DNA of 64,000 nt from an uncultured Christensenella sp. (lineage in GTDB: Bacteria > Bacillota > Clostridia > Christensenellales > UBA3700), in NCBI GenBank assembly GCA_910578245.1, contig CAJTPC010000001.1, positions 27,603 to 91,602 on the forward strand, read 5' to 3'. Of this stretch, positions 37,640-46,577 are shown piece by piece. Below the pieces are notes generated by a model. The model was not told the DNA's origin, ran no database searches, and was given only the letters and a program-made list of their open reading frames with translations. Numbering within the stretch: position 1 is the stretch's first letter; every line of letters begins with the position of its first letter. The position numbers were made by a program, and so were the translations under genes.

Positions 37640-38923
37640 TTATTTATCCAGACTGTCCAACGCTTGTTTTACGTCTGCTATGAGATCGTCGATATTCTCT
37701 ATTCCCACGGAAAGACGTATGAGCTCAGGCGATACCCCTGCATTGGCAAGTTCTTTGTCGTTCATTTGTCGGTGCGTTGCGCTTGCCGGATGCAGACAGC
37801 AACTGCGCGCGTCTGCGACGTGCGTTTCGATAGCAATTACTTTGAGATGCTTCATCACTTCTTCTGCGGACTTTCTACCGCCCTTGACGCCAAAGCTCAA
37901 AACTCCGCAAGAGCCGTTGGGCAAATACTTCTTGGCAAGTTCGTATCCTTTATCGCCCTTGAGATTTGGGTAAGTTACCCACGCTACTCTCTTGTGGCTT
38001 TGCAAAAATTCAGCCATTTTCAAAGCATTGGAACAATGCCTTTCCATTCTCACCGCAAGGCTCTCCAGTCCGAGGTTGAGTATGTATGCGTTTTGCGGAG
38101 ATTGAATCGAGCCTAAATCTCTCATTAGTTGAGCGGTAGCCTTGGTAATAAAAGCTCCGCCAAGTCCAAATCTCTCAGTATAAATTACGCCATGATAGCT
38201 CTCATCCGGAGTGCAAAGACCTGCAAATTTGTCAGGATACTTTGTCCAATCAAACTTACCGCTGTCAATGATTGCTCCGCCTACGCCTGCTCCGTGTCCG
38301 TCCATATACTTGGTCGTGGAATGAGTAACTATGTCGGCGCCCCATTCAAAAGGTCTGCAATTTATGGGCGTAGCAAAAGTATTATCCACAATAAGCGGTA
38401 CGCCGTGCGCATGCGCTACCTTAGCAAATCTCTCTATATCGAATACGACGATTGCAGGATTGGCAATAGTTTCACCGAATACCGCCTTTGTATTAGGTCT
38501 GAATGCCTTTTCAAGTTCTTCATCGGAGCAGTCGGGCTTGACGAAAGTAAAGTCGACGCCCATTCTCTTCATAGTGACGGCAAATAGATTGTACGTTCCG
38601 CCGTAAATCGTAGACGATGCTACAATGTGATCCCCGCAACCTGCAATATTGAATATCGCATAGAAATTGGCGGCTTGTCCGGAAGACGTCAACATACCTG
38701 CGCTTCCGCCCTCAAGCTGGCAAATCTTTTGAGCAACGTAATCATTGGTCGGATTTTGAAGACGGGTATAGAAGTACCCGCTCTCCTCAAGGTCGAACAG
38801 CTTTGCCATCGCCTCGCTTGTATCATACTTAAAAGTCGTACTTTGAATTATAGGCACCTGTCTTGGCTCGCCATTGCCGGGTTTGTATCCGCCTTGTATG
38901 CATATCGTTTCTATTTTGCTCAT
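37640..38923 (-). CDS. metY: O-acetylhomoserine sulfhydrylase (PLP-dependent)
   Basis: IQGGY.PGNGEPR..PI.QSTTF and HSTTKYMDGHG (PLP lysine). ATG at 38923 has a GGAGAAG RBS. The track start at 38971 is an extension. Confidence 0.9.
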   Translation of the reverse strand: MSKIETICIQGGYKPGNGEPRQVPIIQSTTFKYDTSEAMAKLFDLEESGYFYTRLQNPTNDYVAQKICQLEGGSAGMLTSSGQAANFYAIFNIAGCGDHIVASSTIYGGTYNLFAVTMKRMGVDFTFVKPDCSDEELEKAFRPNTKAVFGETIANPAIVVFDIERFAKVAHAHGVPLIVDNTFATPINCRPFEWGADIVTHSTTKYMDGHGAGVGGAIIDSGKFDWTKYPDKFAGLCTPDESYHGVIYTERFGLGGAFITKATAQLMRDLGSIQSPQNAYILNLGLESLAVRMERHCSNALKMAEFLQSHKRVAWVTYPNLKGDKGYELAKKYLPNGSCGVLSFGVKGGRKSAEEVMKHLKVIAIETHVADARSCCLHPASATHRQMNDKELANAGVSPELIRLSVGIENIDDLIADVKQALDSLDK

Positions 38924-39024
38924 TTTGCTTCTCCTATTTAACTTATATTTTATAATGTAAATATTTCTCAACTTTGCTAAGGTCGTGATGACTTTATAGA
39001 TTTATATAACTAATTATAATCCTA

Positions 39025-39483
39025 TTATCGATATTCCTTTACCGCTCTGTCTATCTGTCTTTTTGCTTCTCTGTCTGCGATAGATTTGCGCTTGTCATGC
39101 AATTCCTTACCCTTGGCAAGTCCTACTTCCACCTTGACTAAGCCTTGGCGGAAATAAATCTTGGTGGGCACTAATGTATACGACTTTTGCGTAACCGCCC
39201 CGCGCAATTTGTCTATCTCTTTTTTGTGCAGAAGCAACTTGCGAGGACGCTTTGCGTCGACGTTGAAATAACTTCCTTTCTCATAAGGCTTGATGTGCGC
39301 GTTCATTAAGAACACTTCTCCGGCTTTGATTATGCAGAAACTGTCCTTTAGATTGACCTGCCCTTGCCTTATGGACTTGACTTCGCAACCGACAAGAGCA
39401 ATGCCTGCCTCATAGGTGTCTTCTATGAAGTAATCGAAATATGCTTTTTTGTTGTTGTCGATTATCTTAATTGCGTCAGCCAT
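39025..39483 (-). CDS. smpB: SsrA-binding protein
   Basis: [38 protein letters not shown] and a basic C-terminal tail. 152 aa. Confidence 0.9.
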   Translation of the reverse strand: MADAIKIIDNNKKAYFDYFIEDTYEAGIALVGCEVKSIRQGQVNLKDSFCIIKAGEVFLMNAHIKPYEKGSYFNVDAKRPRKLLLHKKEIDKLRGAVTQKSYTLVPTKIYFRQGLVKVEVGLAKGKELHDKRKSIADREAKRQIDRAVKEYR

Positions 39484-39499
39484 AATTTCTCCTTACGTC

Positions 39500-39528
39500 A
39501 TTATAACATATATGTCATTTCATAACAA
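39500..39528 (-). promoter_or_regulatory. sigma-A-type promoter of smpB
   Basis: The minus strand reads TTGTTA-17 nt-TATAAT (TG-extended), about 15 nt upstream of the smpB RBS. Confidence 0.5.
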
Positions 39529-39774
39529 GTAATATTTTCGTATCTTTGCGTACCCTTTGATTGCAACTACTTCTGTTGATACCCCAATATTACTCAACAC
39601 ACCTAAAATGTCGGATTTTGATGCTAATTTTGTTGATGGGTATGGGCTAGTGTACTTTTTGTACACGCCCTATTGCCATCGGCGGAAGTAGCGCAAAAGA
39701 CGCCTTTTAGGGCAAATAAATATCGCCCTTGGACGCATCCTCAGGCGATTAACTTTGTCATTTTGTAGATACTC

Positions 39775-40071
39775 TTACTTTTGGATATAAGTAATGAAGA
39801 AGAAAAGCGCGAGCACTGCTAAAACTACTGCAAACGCAATCGTCAACTTCTTCAAGATACTTTCCTTTGACCTTGCCTTATTCTTCTTGGCATAAGAGTC
39901 TGTTTCTTGACCGCCGAGGACGCCGATATTTTCATTCTGTGGCTTTTGCATCATTATGACTACTACCTCTGCAATGCCGAGTACTAGACATAACGCCAAT
40001 ATTAGCGGGCGAAGCCAGTCTGTTATATTAGGTTGGAAGATTGCCTCTCCCAGCAACATTATATAGTTCAT
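39775..40071 (-). CDS. secG: preprotein translocase subunit SecG (long form)
   Basis: Two TM helices flank a glycine-containing loop (IMMQKPQNENIGVLGGQE...AKKNKARS...LKKLTIAFAVVLAVL). GGAGG RBS. The secG...smpB neighbourhood is typical of Firmicutes. Confidence 0.7.
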   Translation of the reverse strand: MNYIMLLGEAIFQPNITDWLRPLILALCLVLGIAEVVVIMMQKPQNENIGVLGGQETDSYAKKNKARSKESILKKLTIAFAVVLAVLALFFFITYIQK

Positions 40072-40211
40072 TTATTACCTCCGTCGATATGACTGCCATA
40101 ATATAATAACACATCAATTCTAAAAAGACAACGATTTTAACAAAAAATTCTCACATAAAAATTATTGTCCTCATAGTATGGGATATAAGCGTTTTGAGAA
40201 AGGAGTTAAAT

Positions 40212-40706
40212 ATGGAAAACATTAAATGCGCGCTAGACACACCGTACCCACAAGTGAGAGGAACTTGCTCTCATCGCGATTTGAGAATGATTATGGATTT
40301 GTACTCAGGTCGCGAAGGCGAATTGACGGCAATCACCCAATATCTATATCAACATTACCTCACGGACGGTATTGACGAAAATATGGCAAATATTTTGCTC
40401 AAAATTTCCAAGACGGAAATGATGCATCACTCACTGCTCGGCGAAGCAATCGTCAAAGTAGGCGGCGATCCTATTATGGGCGGTAGTACTTGCTTTTGGT
40501 CAGGGTCTAATCTCAACTATACGCAAAATCCAATTTGCTTCTTACAAAATAATATTTGCGCCGAACAGCAAGCAATTTGCAACTATCGCAGAGTCGCTTC
40601 CTGTATCAATAATGCATCGCTAAGCGAATTGTTTTTGCGTATTGCTCAAGACGAAGAATTACATATAGAAATTTTCAACGACTTGCTTGAACATTTAGGC
40701 AATTAG
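40212..40706 (+). CDS. ferritin-like / manganese-catalase-family protein (CotJC-like)
   Basis: GELTAITQYLYQHY and TEMMHHSLLGEAI di-iron/manganese ligand-type helices. 164 aa, AAGGAG RBS. Confidence 0.6.
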   Translation: MENIKCALDTPYPQVRGTCSHRDLRMIMDLYSGREGELTAITQYLYQHYLTDGIDENMANILLKISKTEMMHHSLLGEAIVKVGGDPIMGGSTCFWSGSNLNYTQNPICFLQNNICAEQQAICNYRRVASCINNASLSELFLRIAQDEELHIEIFNDLLEHLGN

Positions 40707-41488
40707 TTTTTCTCCGTCAATCTCTGTTGCTTAAGCCATATTCCCATCATACACTTTTGCGGTAATAACTTGGCTACGATGCGCGACGTCTTGACGTAAA
40801 GTCCGTAGACGGAAATATCTTTTGACTTCTTTGCGTCCTTAATAGCCTTTTTAGCCACTACTTCGGGATAGACTATATGAGGGAATACTCGCGTTCCCTT
40901 TTCGCCCTTGACTATTGCCCTCTCGATAAGTCTGGTCTGCATCCAACCCGGACATACCGCCATAGCGACTACTCCTTTGCTCTTAAGTTCTACGTTTAGG
41001 GCTCTTGTGTAATTGCGAACAAATGCTTTTGTAGATGAGTATATATTTTGATATGGCAAGGGCTGAAATGACGCTTGCGACGCCATGTTTATAATATGGG
41101 CGCCCTTCTCCATATACGGCAGACATATAAGTCCCATAGAAACAAGCGCGTTTACGTTGAGATCTATCATATTTATAGATGTGTATCTGTCTATACCGCC
41201 ATAGTCGCAAAACTTGGCGTAGCCTGCGCAGTTGACAAGCCACTTTACGTTGACGTCCTCACTTGAGATAAGCGCTTCGATTATGTCAAGGTTTCTCCTG
41301 TCCGTTAGGTCCATGGAAAATATTCTCACTCGTTCTTTGTCAAATTCTTTGACTTCTTTCAATCTTTCATCATTGCGACTTATCGCCCACATTTCGTCTA
41401 TGCCGTCCTCTTTCAAAAGCAAGCCCACAAATTCCTTGCCTATGCCGCTACTTGCGCCCGTGACTATTGCTATGTTCTTCTTATCCAT
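40703..41488 (-). CDS. short-chain dehydrogenase/reductase (SDR)
   Basis: IAIVTGASSGIGKEF cofactor motif and YSSTK catalytic YxxxK. Confidence 0.85.
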   Translation of the reverse strand: MDKKNIAIVTGASSGIGKEFVGLLLKEDGIDEMWAISRNDERLKEVKEFDKERVRIFSMDLTDRRNLDIIEALISSEDVNVKWLVNCAGYAKFCDYGGIDRYTSINMIDLNVNALVSMGLICLPYMEKGAHIINMASQASFQPLPYQNIYSSTKAFVRNYTRALNVELKSKGVVAMAVCPGWMQTRLIERAIVKGEKGTRVFPHIVYPEVVAKKAIKDAKKSKDISVYGLYVKTSRIVAKLLPQKCMMGIWLKQQRLTEKN

Positions 41489-41614
41489 AATCTTACCTCG
41501 TAATTTTCTCGATATGATTATTGACGGATAAATAAATTATATCCATAATTTAAGTTGTATTGTATGTCATTTGAGTTTTTTGGCTACGCTTGAGAGAACA
41601 TAAAAATATCGAAA

Positions 41615-41653
41615 TTATAAAATACTCCCTTCTCGTTAAAAAGAAAGGAGTAT
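41615..41653 (-). terminator. intrinsic terminator after the phosphohexomutase gene
   Basis: ATACTCCCTTCT/AGAAAGGAGTAT stem with 1 mismatch, followed on the minus strand by TTTTATAATTT. Confidence 0.65.
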
Positions 41654-41697
41654 CTGACGACTAATAAGTCAACTCTACTTTAATTATTTGTAAATAA

Positions 41698-43440
41698 CTA
41701 TATCAAAGAGCTTATTGCGTTCTGCAACTTCTCGTTACGCTCCAAACTCTTTTGTTTGTTCTCCGCTTTGGTAGAAACGTAGATTTTGAGTTTTGGCTCT
41801 GTCCCGCTCGGACGTATGCAAAGCCATTCATCATCGCCAAACTCGTATTTAATGACGTTGGCGCTTGGCAAGTCCGTCATCTCGATTCTGCCGTCTTCAA
41901 AGTATTTAACCATACCAGCTTCCAAATCGAGTTTGCTTATCATAGGCACGCCTGCAACTTCCGTCAAATCGGTATCTTTGAACTTCTTCATAATGTTGGC
42001 CATCTGTTCCATACCGTCTAAGCCCTTGAACGCAATAGACTTACTGCTCTCCACAAAATAGCCGAACTTGTCAAACAAGGAGTTGAGCTTCTCGTAAAGC
42101 GTAATATTTTTATAGGTATAATAGCAAGCCATCTCAGCAAAGAGCATACTTGCTACGACAGCGTCTTTATCTCGCGCGTGCGTACCCGAAAGATATCCAT
42201 AGCTCTCTTCATAACCAAACATAAAAGTATGCTTGCCGCTGCTCTCCCACTCTTTTATCTTTTCGCCGATAAACTTAAAGCCGGTAAGCACGTCGTACAC
42301 CGTTGCGCCGTAACTCTTAGCTATCTTGTCTGCAAGACGCGTCGTAACAATCGTCTTGACTACTGCGCTGTTTTTAGGTAAAGTTCCCTCTTCCTTATGA
42401 CGTAAAAGTACGTAGTCCATGAGCATTGCGCCAATCTGATTGCCGTTGAGAAGCATAAACTCGCCTTTGTCGTCCCTAATTGCAATACCCATTCTGTCGC
42501 TGTCGGGGTCGGTGCCTATGACGATATCGCTACCTAACTTGTTGGCAAGGTCAATACCCATTTTGAGCGCGTCAGGCTGTTCGGGATTGGGAACTGCGAC
42601 TGTAGAAAATTCCGTGTCGGGATACTTTTGCTCTTCAACGACAGATACGGAAATCCCCATTTTAGCAAGCATAGTCGTCACGGGTATAAAACCTGAACCG
42701 TGGATAGGCGAATAGACTATTTTAATATCCTTGCCCACTTTCTCTACCGCTTCTTTTGAAAGCGATAACTTGGATAAAGCGTCGTAATACTTATCGTCCA
42801 AACTCTTGCCGATAACCGTTATATGCTCGCTCAAGGCAAAGCCGTCTTTGCCCTCTATCTCTTTATGGCAAGTAGTCTTGACTTCCTCTTTTGGCAAACC
42901 AAAGTACGGCGTGTCTTGAATAAACTTGACTACGCCTGCGGTTGCCTCCGGCGACATTTGCGCTCCGTCATCGCCGTATACCTTATATCCGTTGTACTCC
43001 TTGGGATTGTGGCTTGCGGTAATCATAATACCGGCAATACAATTAAGTTCACGTACAGCAAAAGAACACATCGGCACAGGTCTGACGTTCTCAAATAAAG
43101 ATACTTTTATGCCGTTGGCGCCAAGCACTCTCGCCGACGTCAATGCAAATTCAAAGGACATACGCCTTGTATCGTAGGAAATAACTACGCCTCTCTTTGC
43201 TTCGTCCTTTCCAAGCGAATTGATATAGTCGCTCAGTCCCTTGGTAGCTCTTGCCACGGTATACTCGTTCATATTGGAAATGCCCATACAGATAGTTCCG
43301 CGCATACCTGCAGTACCAAACGCCAAAGGCAAAGTAAATCTCTCTTTGATTTCCTTCTCGTCGGATGCTATCTCCAAAAGTTCTTTCTTCTGTATCTCGC
43401 TTACGTTGTTAAGCCACAGTTCATAGTCATCTTTATACAT
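41698..43440 (-). CDS. phosphoglucomutase/phosphomannomutase (alpha-D-phosphohexomutase, PgcA-like)
   Basis: ITASHNPKEYNGYK active-site serine loop, GTDPDSDR metal loop. 580 aa. Confidence 0.9.
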   Translation of the reverse strand: MYKDDYELWLNNVSEIQKKELLEIASDEKEIKERFTLPLAFGTAGMRGTICMGISNMNEYTVARATKGLSDYINSLGKDEAKRGVVISYDTRRMSFEFALTSARVLGANGIKVSLFENVRPVPMCSFAVRELNCIAGIMITASHNPKEYNGYKVYGDDGAQMSPEATAGVVKFIQDTPYFGLPKEEVKTTCHKEIEGKDGFALSEHITVIGKSLDDKYYDALSKLSLSKEAVEKVGKDIKIVYSPIHGSGFIPVTTMLAKMGISVSVVEEQKYPDTEFSTVAVPNPEQPDALKMGIDLANKLGSDIVIGTDPDSDRMGIAIRDDKGEFMLLNGNQIGAMLMDYVLLRHKEEGTLPKNSAVVKTIVTTRLADKIAKSYGATVYDVLTGFKFIGEKIKEWESSGKHTFMFGYEESYGYLSGTHARDKDAVVASMLFAEMACYYTYKNITLYEKLNSLFDKFGYFVESSKSIAFKGLDGMEQMANIMKKFKDTDLTEVAGVPMISKLDLEAGMVKYFEDGRIEMTDLPSANVIKYEFGDDEWLCIRPSGTEPKLKIYVSTKAENKQKSLERNEKLQNAISSLI

Positions 43441-43722
43441 ATATACCTCTCTTGCCGTATAACGGTCTTGTTATTATATTTTTTCTATAAAACGTATGCT
43501 TACTTTGTCATAATACATACGCATTATTATGTCATATCTCGTAACGCAGTGACTCTTTTTTCAAAGAGCCTAGAATTAAGCGATGCGTATAAGATTGCGT
43601 TAGCGATTTGCATAATAAGAAGGATACATATCGCAGTCGTACTTTATGTACGTCAAGATATGTAGACGAACTTAGTACGTAAATCGATAGCAAAATTAAC
43701 ACACGAGCTTAACGAGAGGCTC

Positions 43723-44325
43723 TTATTCCCTATCCTCGTCAAAATACGTAGCCATAATATCGGCAATGTGTACGAGCGTAGCGAAAGGGAATTGCGAAAA
43801 CGCTTTGCTTATGGAATAATCTCCGCCAATCACGCGCTTATCAAAACCGCCCATGTGCCAATTTATCGCCATAGCCTCTTCTCTGGTAAGACGCATAAAT
43901 CCGCTTATCATATACACTGACTTTTCGCCGTGTCCGTAAGGAAGTTTTTCGTCAACCTGGAAGTACGGCACTTGTTCCCAAGTACCGAATTCGTTCTTTT
44001 GATTACGAAGCGATACCTTGTAATAGTCTACCTTGCACAGGTCGTGCAAGAGCGTTGAAATAGCAATGCTTTCCGCCGAGATATTCTTGAAAAGTGAATT
44101 ATCCTTTCTGTTCTCCGCTTCGACAAGCTCTACCGCCCTGTCATATACGTTGAGCGAATGGTCGCATAGACCGCCCGTAACCGCATTGTGGAACTTAGAA
44201 CTTGCAGGCGCTACGAAGAAATCTGTATCGCAAAGCCACTTGAGAAGTTTGTCGCTTCCCTCCCTCTTGATATTCTCCTCGTATATCTTGATAAATCTCG
44301 CCTTGTTGAGTTCTATATCTACCAT
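43723..44325 (-). CDS. HD-domain phosphohydrolase (YhaM-like HD domain only)
   Basis: ASSKFHNAVTGGLCDHSLNV ... LLHDLCK ... HIAD: H, HD and D ligands of the HD superfamily. Confidence 0.7.
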   Translation of the reverse strand: MVDIELNKARFIKIYEENIKREGSDKLLKWLCDTDFFVAPASSKFHNAVTGGLCDHSLNVYDRAVELVEAENRKDNSLFKNISAESIAISTLLHDLCKVDYYKVSLRNQKNEFGTWEQVPYFQVDEKLPYGHGEKSVYMISGFMRLTREEAMAINWHMGGFDKRVIGGDYSISKAFSQFPFATLVHIADIMATYFDEDRE

Positions 44326-44355
44326 AGCTACCTCGCTTGTAATTACTGTAATTTA

Positions 44356-44384
44356 ATTATAGATTTATTTATATAAAAAGTCAA
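44356..44384 (-). promoter_or_regulatory. sigma-A-type promoter of the HD gene
   Basis: The minus strand reads TTGACT-17 nt-TATAAT between the upstream terminator and the HD ATG. Confidence 0.55.
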
Positions 44385-44412
44385 CCTCAAAGACAATAAA
44401 GCCGCTTCGCAT

Positions 44413-44441
44413 TAAAAAACGCAGGTCAACGACCTACGTCT
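44413..44441 (-). terminator. intrinsic terminator closing the WYL-DUF262-GmrSD operon
   Basis: The minus strand reads GACGTAGGTC-GTT-GACCTGCGT followed by TTTTTT, directly after the 55-aa ORF stop. Confidence 0.7.
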
Positions 44442-44450
44442 TTCTAGATA

Positions 44451-44618
44451 TTACTTCTCGACTAAGTCGTAGAATTTGAATTGAGAATTCTTTAGTCTAT
44501 TCTGCGCCCAATTCACGACATAGTTTCTATCGCCTCTAATAGTTTCCGTAAACGCAGCGCATCCCGACTTAAAAGCCATCTCGTTAAGATAATATCTTAT
44601 CTGCCAACTCTTTGCCAT
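44451..44618 (-). CDS. hypothetical 55-aa protein, last gene of the putative defence operon
   Basis: ATG at 44618 is preceded by AAAGGAGG with a 5-nt spacer. MAKSWQIRYYLNEMAFKSGCAAFTETIRGDRNYVVNWAQNRLKNSQFKFYDLVEK. No recognisable family. Confidence 0.5.
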   Translation of the reverse strand: MAKSWQIRYYLNEMAFKSGCAAFTETIRGDRNYVVNWAQNRLKNSQFKFYDLVEK

Positions 44619-44687
44619 AACAACCTCCTTTGTGATTTTATACTTCAATCATATCAAAGACGTTGTACCATAAACGGGATAACGAGG

Positions 44688-46577
44688 TTAATCCATATTA
44701 AATTTTAATAAATTTATCATTTCCTCTTGGTGTTTTTTATAACCGTCATTTCGCCAGATATCGTCACTCGTCGTCCAGGCGCTCATCAATCTCAACTTCA
44801 AGCTCCCATTTTTGGCGGCATCGTTAGTCTTCTTTGAAACGGGACTTGCATTGGAAAACCTAGAGTTAATCTCGCGAGAAACTATACAAAGATTGCCAAA
44901 GCTATCTCGCAAGTATTTCCCGTTTTCTTTATCTTCCCAAGGGGCGCAACTGCCACCTGAGGGGTGTTGGGGGTACCAATGCTCTACGGAATTTCTAAAC
45001 TCAAATACGAAATTACCAAAATCTAAACTTTTATATTTTTCATTATTATTGCGCTCTTTCCAAAGCAGATAGTCAAGATAGTTGAATATTATATGCGGAG
45101 TACCTACACCTTGCATATAATCCTTTTCTTGGACAAACTTCTTTACTTCTTCTTTTGCAATACTCTCAATCGAGTCCTTTGCGTTGCTTAGCTTACTTCC
45201 GTCACTACATAGACACTTCAGATATTGCGTTATCCAGTGCATGACTTTAGCCGACGTATACGACACACGCATACAAGACTGCAACTTAAGATTATCGTCA
45301 AATGATAGCCCGTCGAAAGTCGTATCATTGTAATAAGCGCTTTTCTTTGACTTAGAGTTCGAAACGCATAGCTCCTTTAGACTCCACTTGCCGTCTTTAT
45401 CGTCGGATAGATACTCACGCTTTATTACGTACTTGTCAAAGAGAAAACGACACTTCAGCAGACACTCGATAAATTGGAGAGAAAAACTTTCTTTATCCTC
45501 ATTATATTTATTCTTTATTACGTCGTCAAAGGTCTTTACGAGTTTCTTATCGTCTAGCGATAGCTCCTTGTTATCGTCTACAAGTACCTTTAACGTGTGC
45601 AGTAAGAAGTACGGAAAGGATATGATACTTTCAAATCTTACGTTCTTTCCTTCCTTGACAACTCCCTCGTATTTTTGCTCCAAACTTTGGCGCTTAGATA
45701 TTTCAATGGCGCTTAGTTTCGTCGTACTCTCGTCTGTCGTGTCCGACTGCTCGTCTATCATGTCCGACTGCTCGTCTGTCGGGTTTTTCCCGAGAAGCTC
45801 ACACAACTTATTAAAGTCGGGACTGCTATTCCACTCCTCGCCGAATAAAGCTTCTCTCTGCCTTGGCGAGAAACGCATCTGTATGTAGCAATTCATTTCT
45901 CTGCAAGCGTCCCAGACAATTGCAAACGCCTTTTGCTTAATCTTATCCCCTTTGAGAGGCTCCATAAGTTTTGCCTTGAGTATATCGTGTTGTTCAAGCT
46001 GTTCGCCTCGCACGTTCATAATCTCGAAATAGCGATTGAGGTCGGTATGCTTTGGCACCTCGATACGGAACAATTTGACCTTATTTAATTTCTCTCTAAA
46101 GGTATCCTTATCTATTACGTTTCCCTTTTCTTTAACGCTAAATTTAGCGATAATATGTTTCTTGCCTTCTCGCAACGACTCCTCTATTTTATCCTCGTCG
46201 TCCGTATTGACGAATAAGTTATCGCCAGTTTTATCTAATAAATAATTGAGAGTATAATTGGACCTTTCTCTACACTCAAAACTCAACCTGTCTTTGCCCC
46301 AACTATATCCTAGATAATTTAGCAAAAGATAGAGCGCTGTCAAACGCTGTTGACCGTCGATTACTTCGAATTTCCCGTCTTTATTGACGTGTACTATTAA
46401 CGACCCGAGATAATAATGGTCTGCGTCAAAATCGTAGATATCGTCAATCAACTGGCATATCTCATCGTTTCCCCAAGCAAAAGCGCGTTGGTACAGCGGA
46501 ATAATATATTGGTCGCTACCTTGCGAAAAAATCGTATTTTCGCCGTCTACGATATTAAGTACTTTAATTTCGCTCAT
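44688..46577 (-). CDS. GmrSD-family protein: N-terminal DUF262 (ParB/Srx-like NTPase) plus C-terminal DUF1524 His-Me-finger nuclease
   Basis: N-terminal IIPLYQRAFAWG and IDGQQRLTALYLL (DUF262). C-terminal FEFRNSVEHWYPQHP...GNLCIVSREINSRFSNASPVSK (DUF1524-type H...N...N). 629 aa. Confidence 0.8.
   Translation of the reverse strand: MSEIKVLNIVDGENTIFSQGSDQYIIPLYQRAFAWGNDEICQLIDDIYDFDADHYYLGSLIVHVNKDGKFEVIDGQQRLTALYLLLNYLGYSWGKDRLSFECRERSNYTLNYLLDKTGDNLFVNTDDEDKIEESLREGKKHIIAKFSVKEKGNVIDKDTFREKLNKVKLFRIEVPKHTDLNRYFEIMNVRGEQLEQHDILKAKLMEPLKGDKIKQKAFAIVWDACREMNCYIQMRFSPRQREALFGEEWNSSPDFNKLCELLGKNPTDEQSDMIDEQSDTTDESTTKLSAIEISKRQSLEQKYEGVVKEGKNVRFESIISFPYFLLHTLKVLVDDNKELSLDDKKLVKTFDDVIKNKYNEDKESFSLQFIECLLKCRFLFDKYVIKREYLSDDKDGKWSLKELCVSNSKSKKSAYYNDTTFDGLSFDDNLKLQSCMRVSYTSAKVMHWITQYLKCLCSDGSKLSNAKDSIESIAKEEVKKFVQEKDYMQGVGTPHIIFNYLDYLLWKERNNNEKYKSLDFGNFVFEFRNSVEHWYPQHPSGGSCAPWEDKENGKYLRDSFGNLCIVSREINSRFSNASPVSKKTNDAAKNGSLKLRLMSAWTTSDDIWRNDGYKKHQEEMINLLKFNMD

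Noticed and set aside
38924-39024. SAM (S-box) riboswitch or T-box leader upstream of metY-metA
   Set aside because: Only ~100 nt are available, with no conserved S-box/T-box core sequences and no terminator/antiterminator hairpin.
39484-39774. tmRNA (ssrA) or tRNA gene next to smpB
   Set aside because: The region lies upstream of smpB, not downstream. It is shorter than a tmRNA, lacks a GGGG...GGATTCGAC-type 5' end, a CCA-proximal acceptor/T-arm and a tag reading frame. No cloverleaf is evident.
43723-44325. HD-domain hydrolase as a fifth component of the WYL-DUF262-GmrSD operon
   Set aside because: An intrinsic terminator (44413-44441) and a separate TTGACT-17-TATAAT promoter (44356-44384) lie between the 55-aa ORF and the HD gene. 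It is therefore probably an independent unit. A functional link cannot be excluded, but the sequence does not support one.
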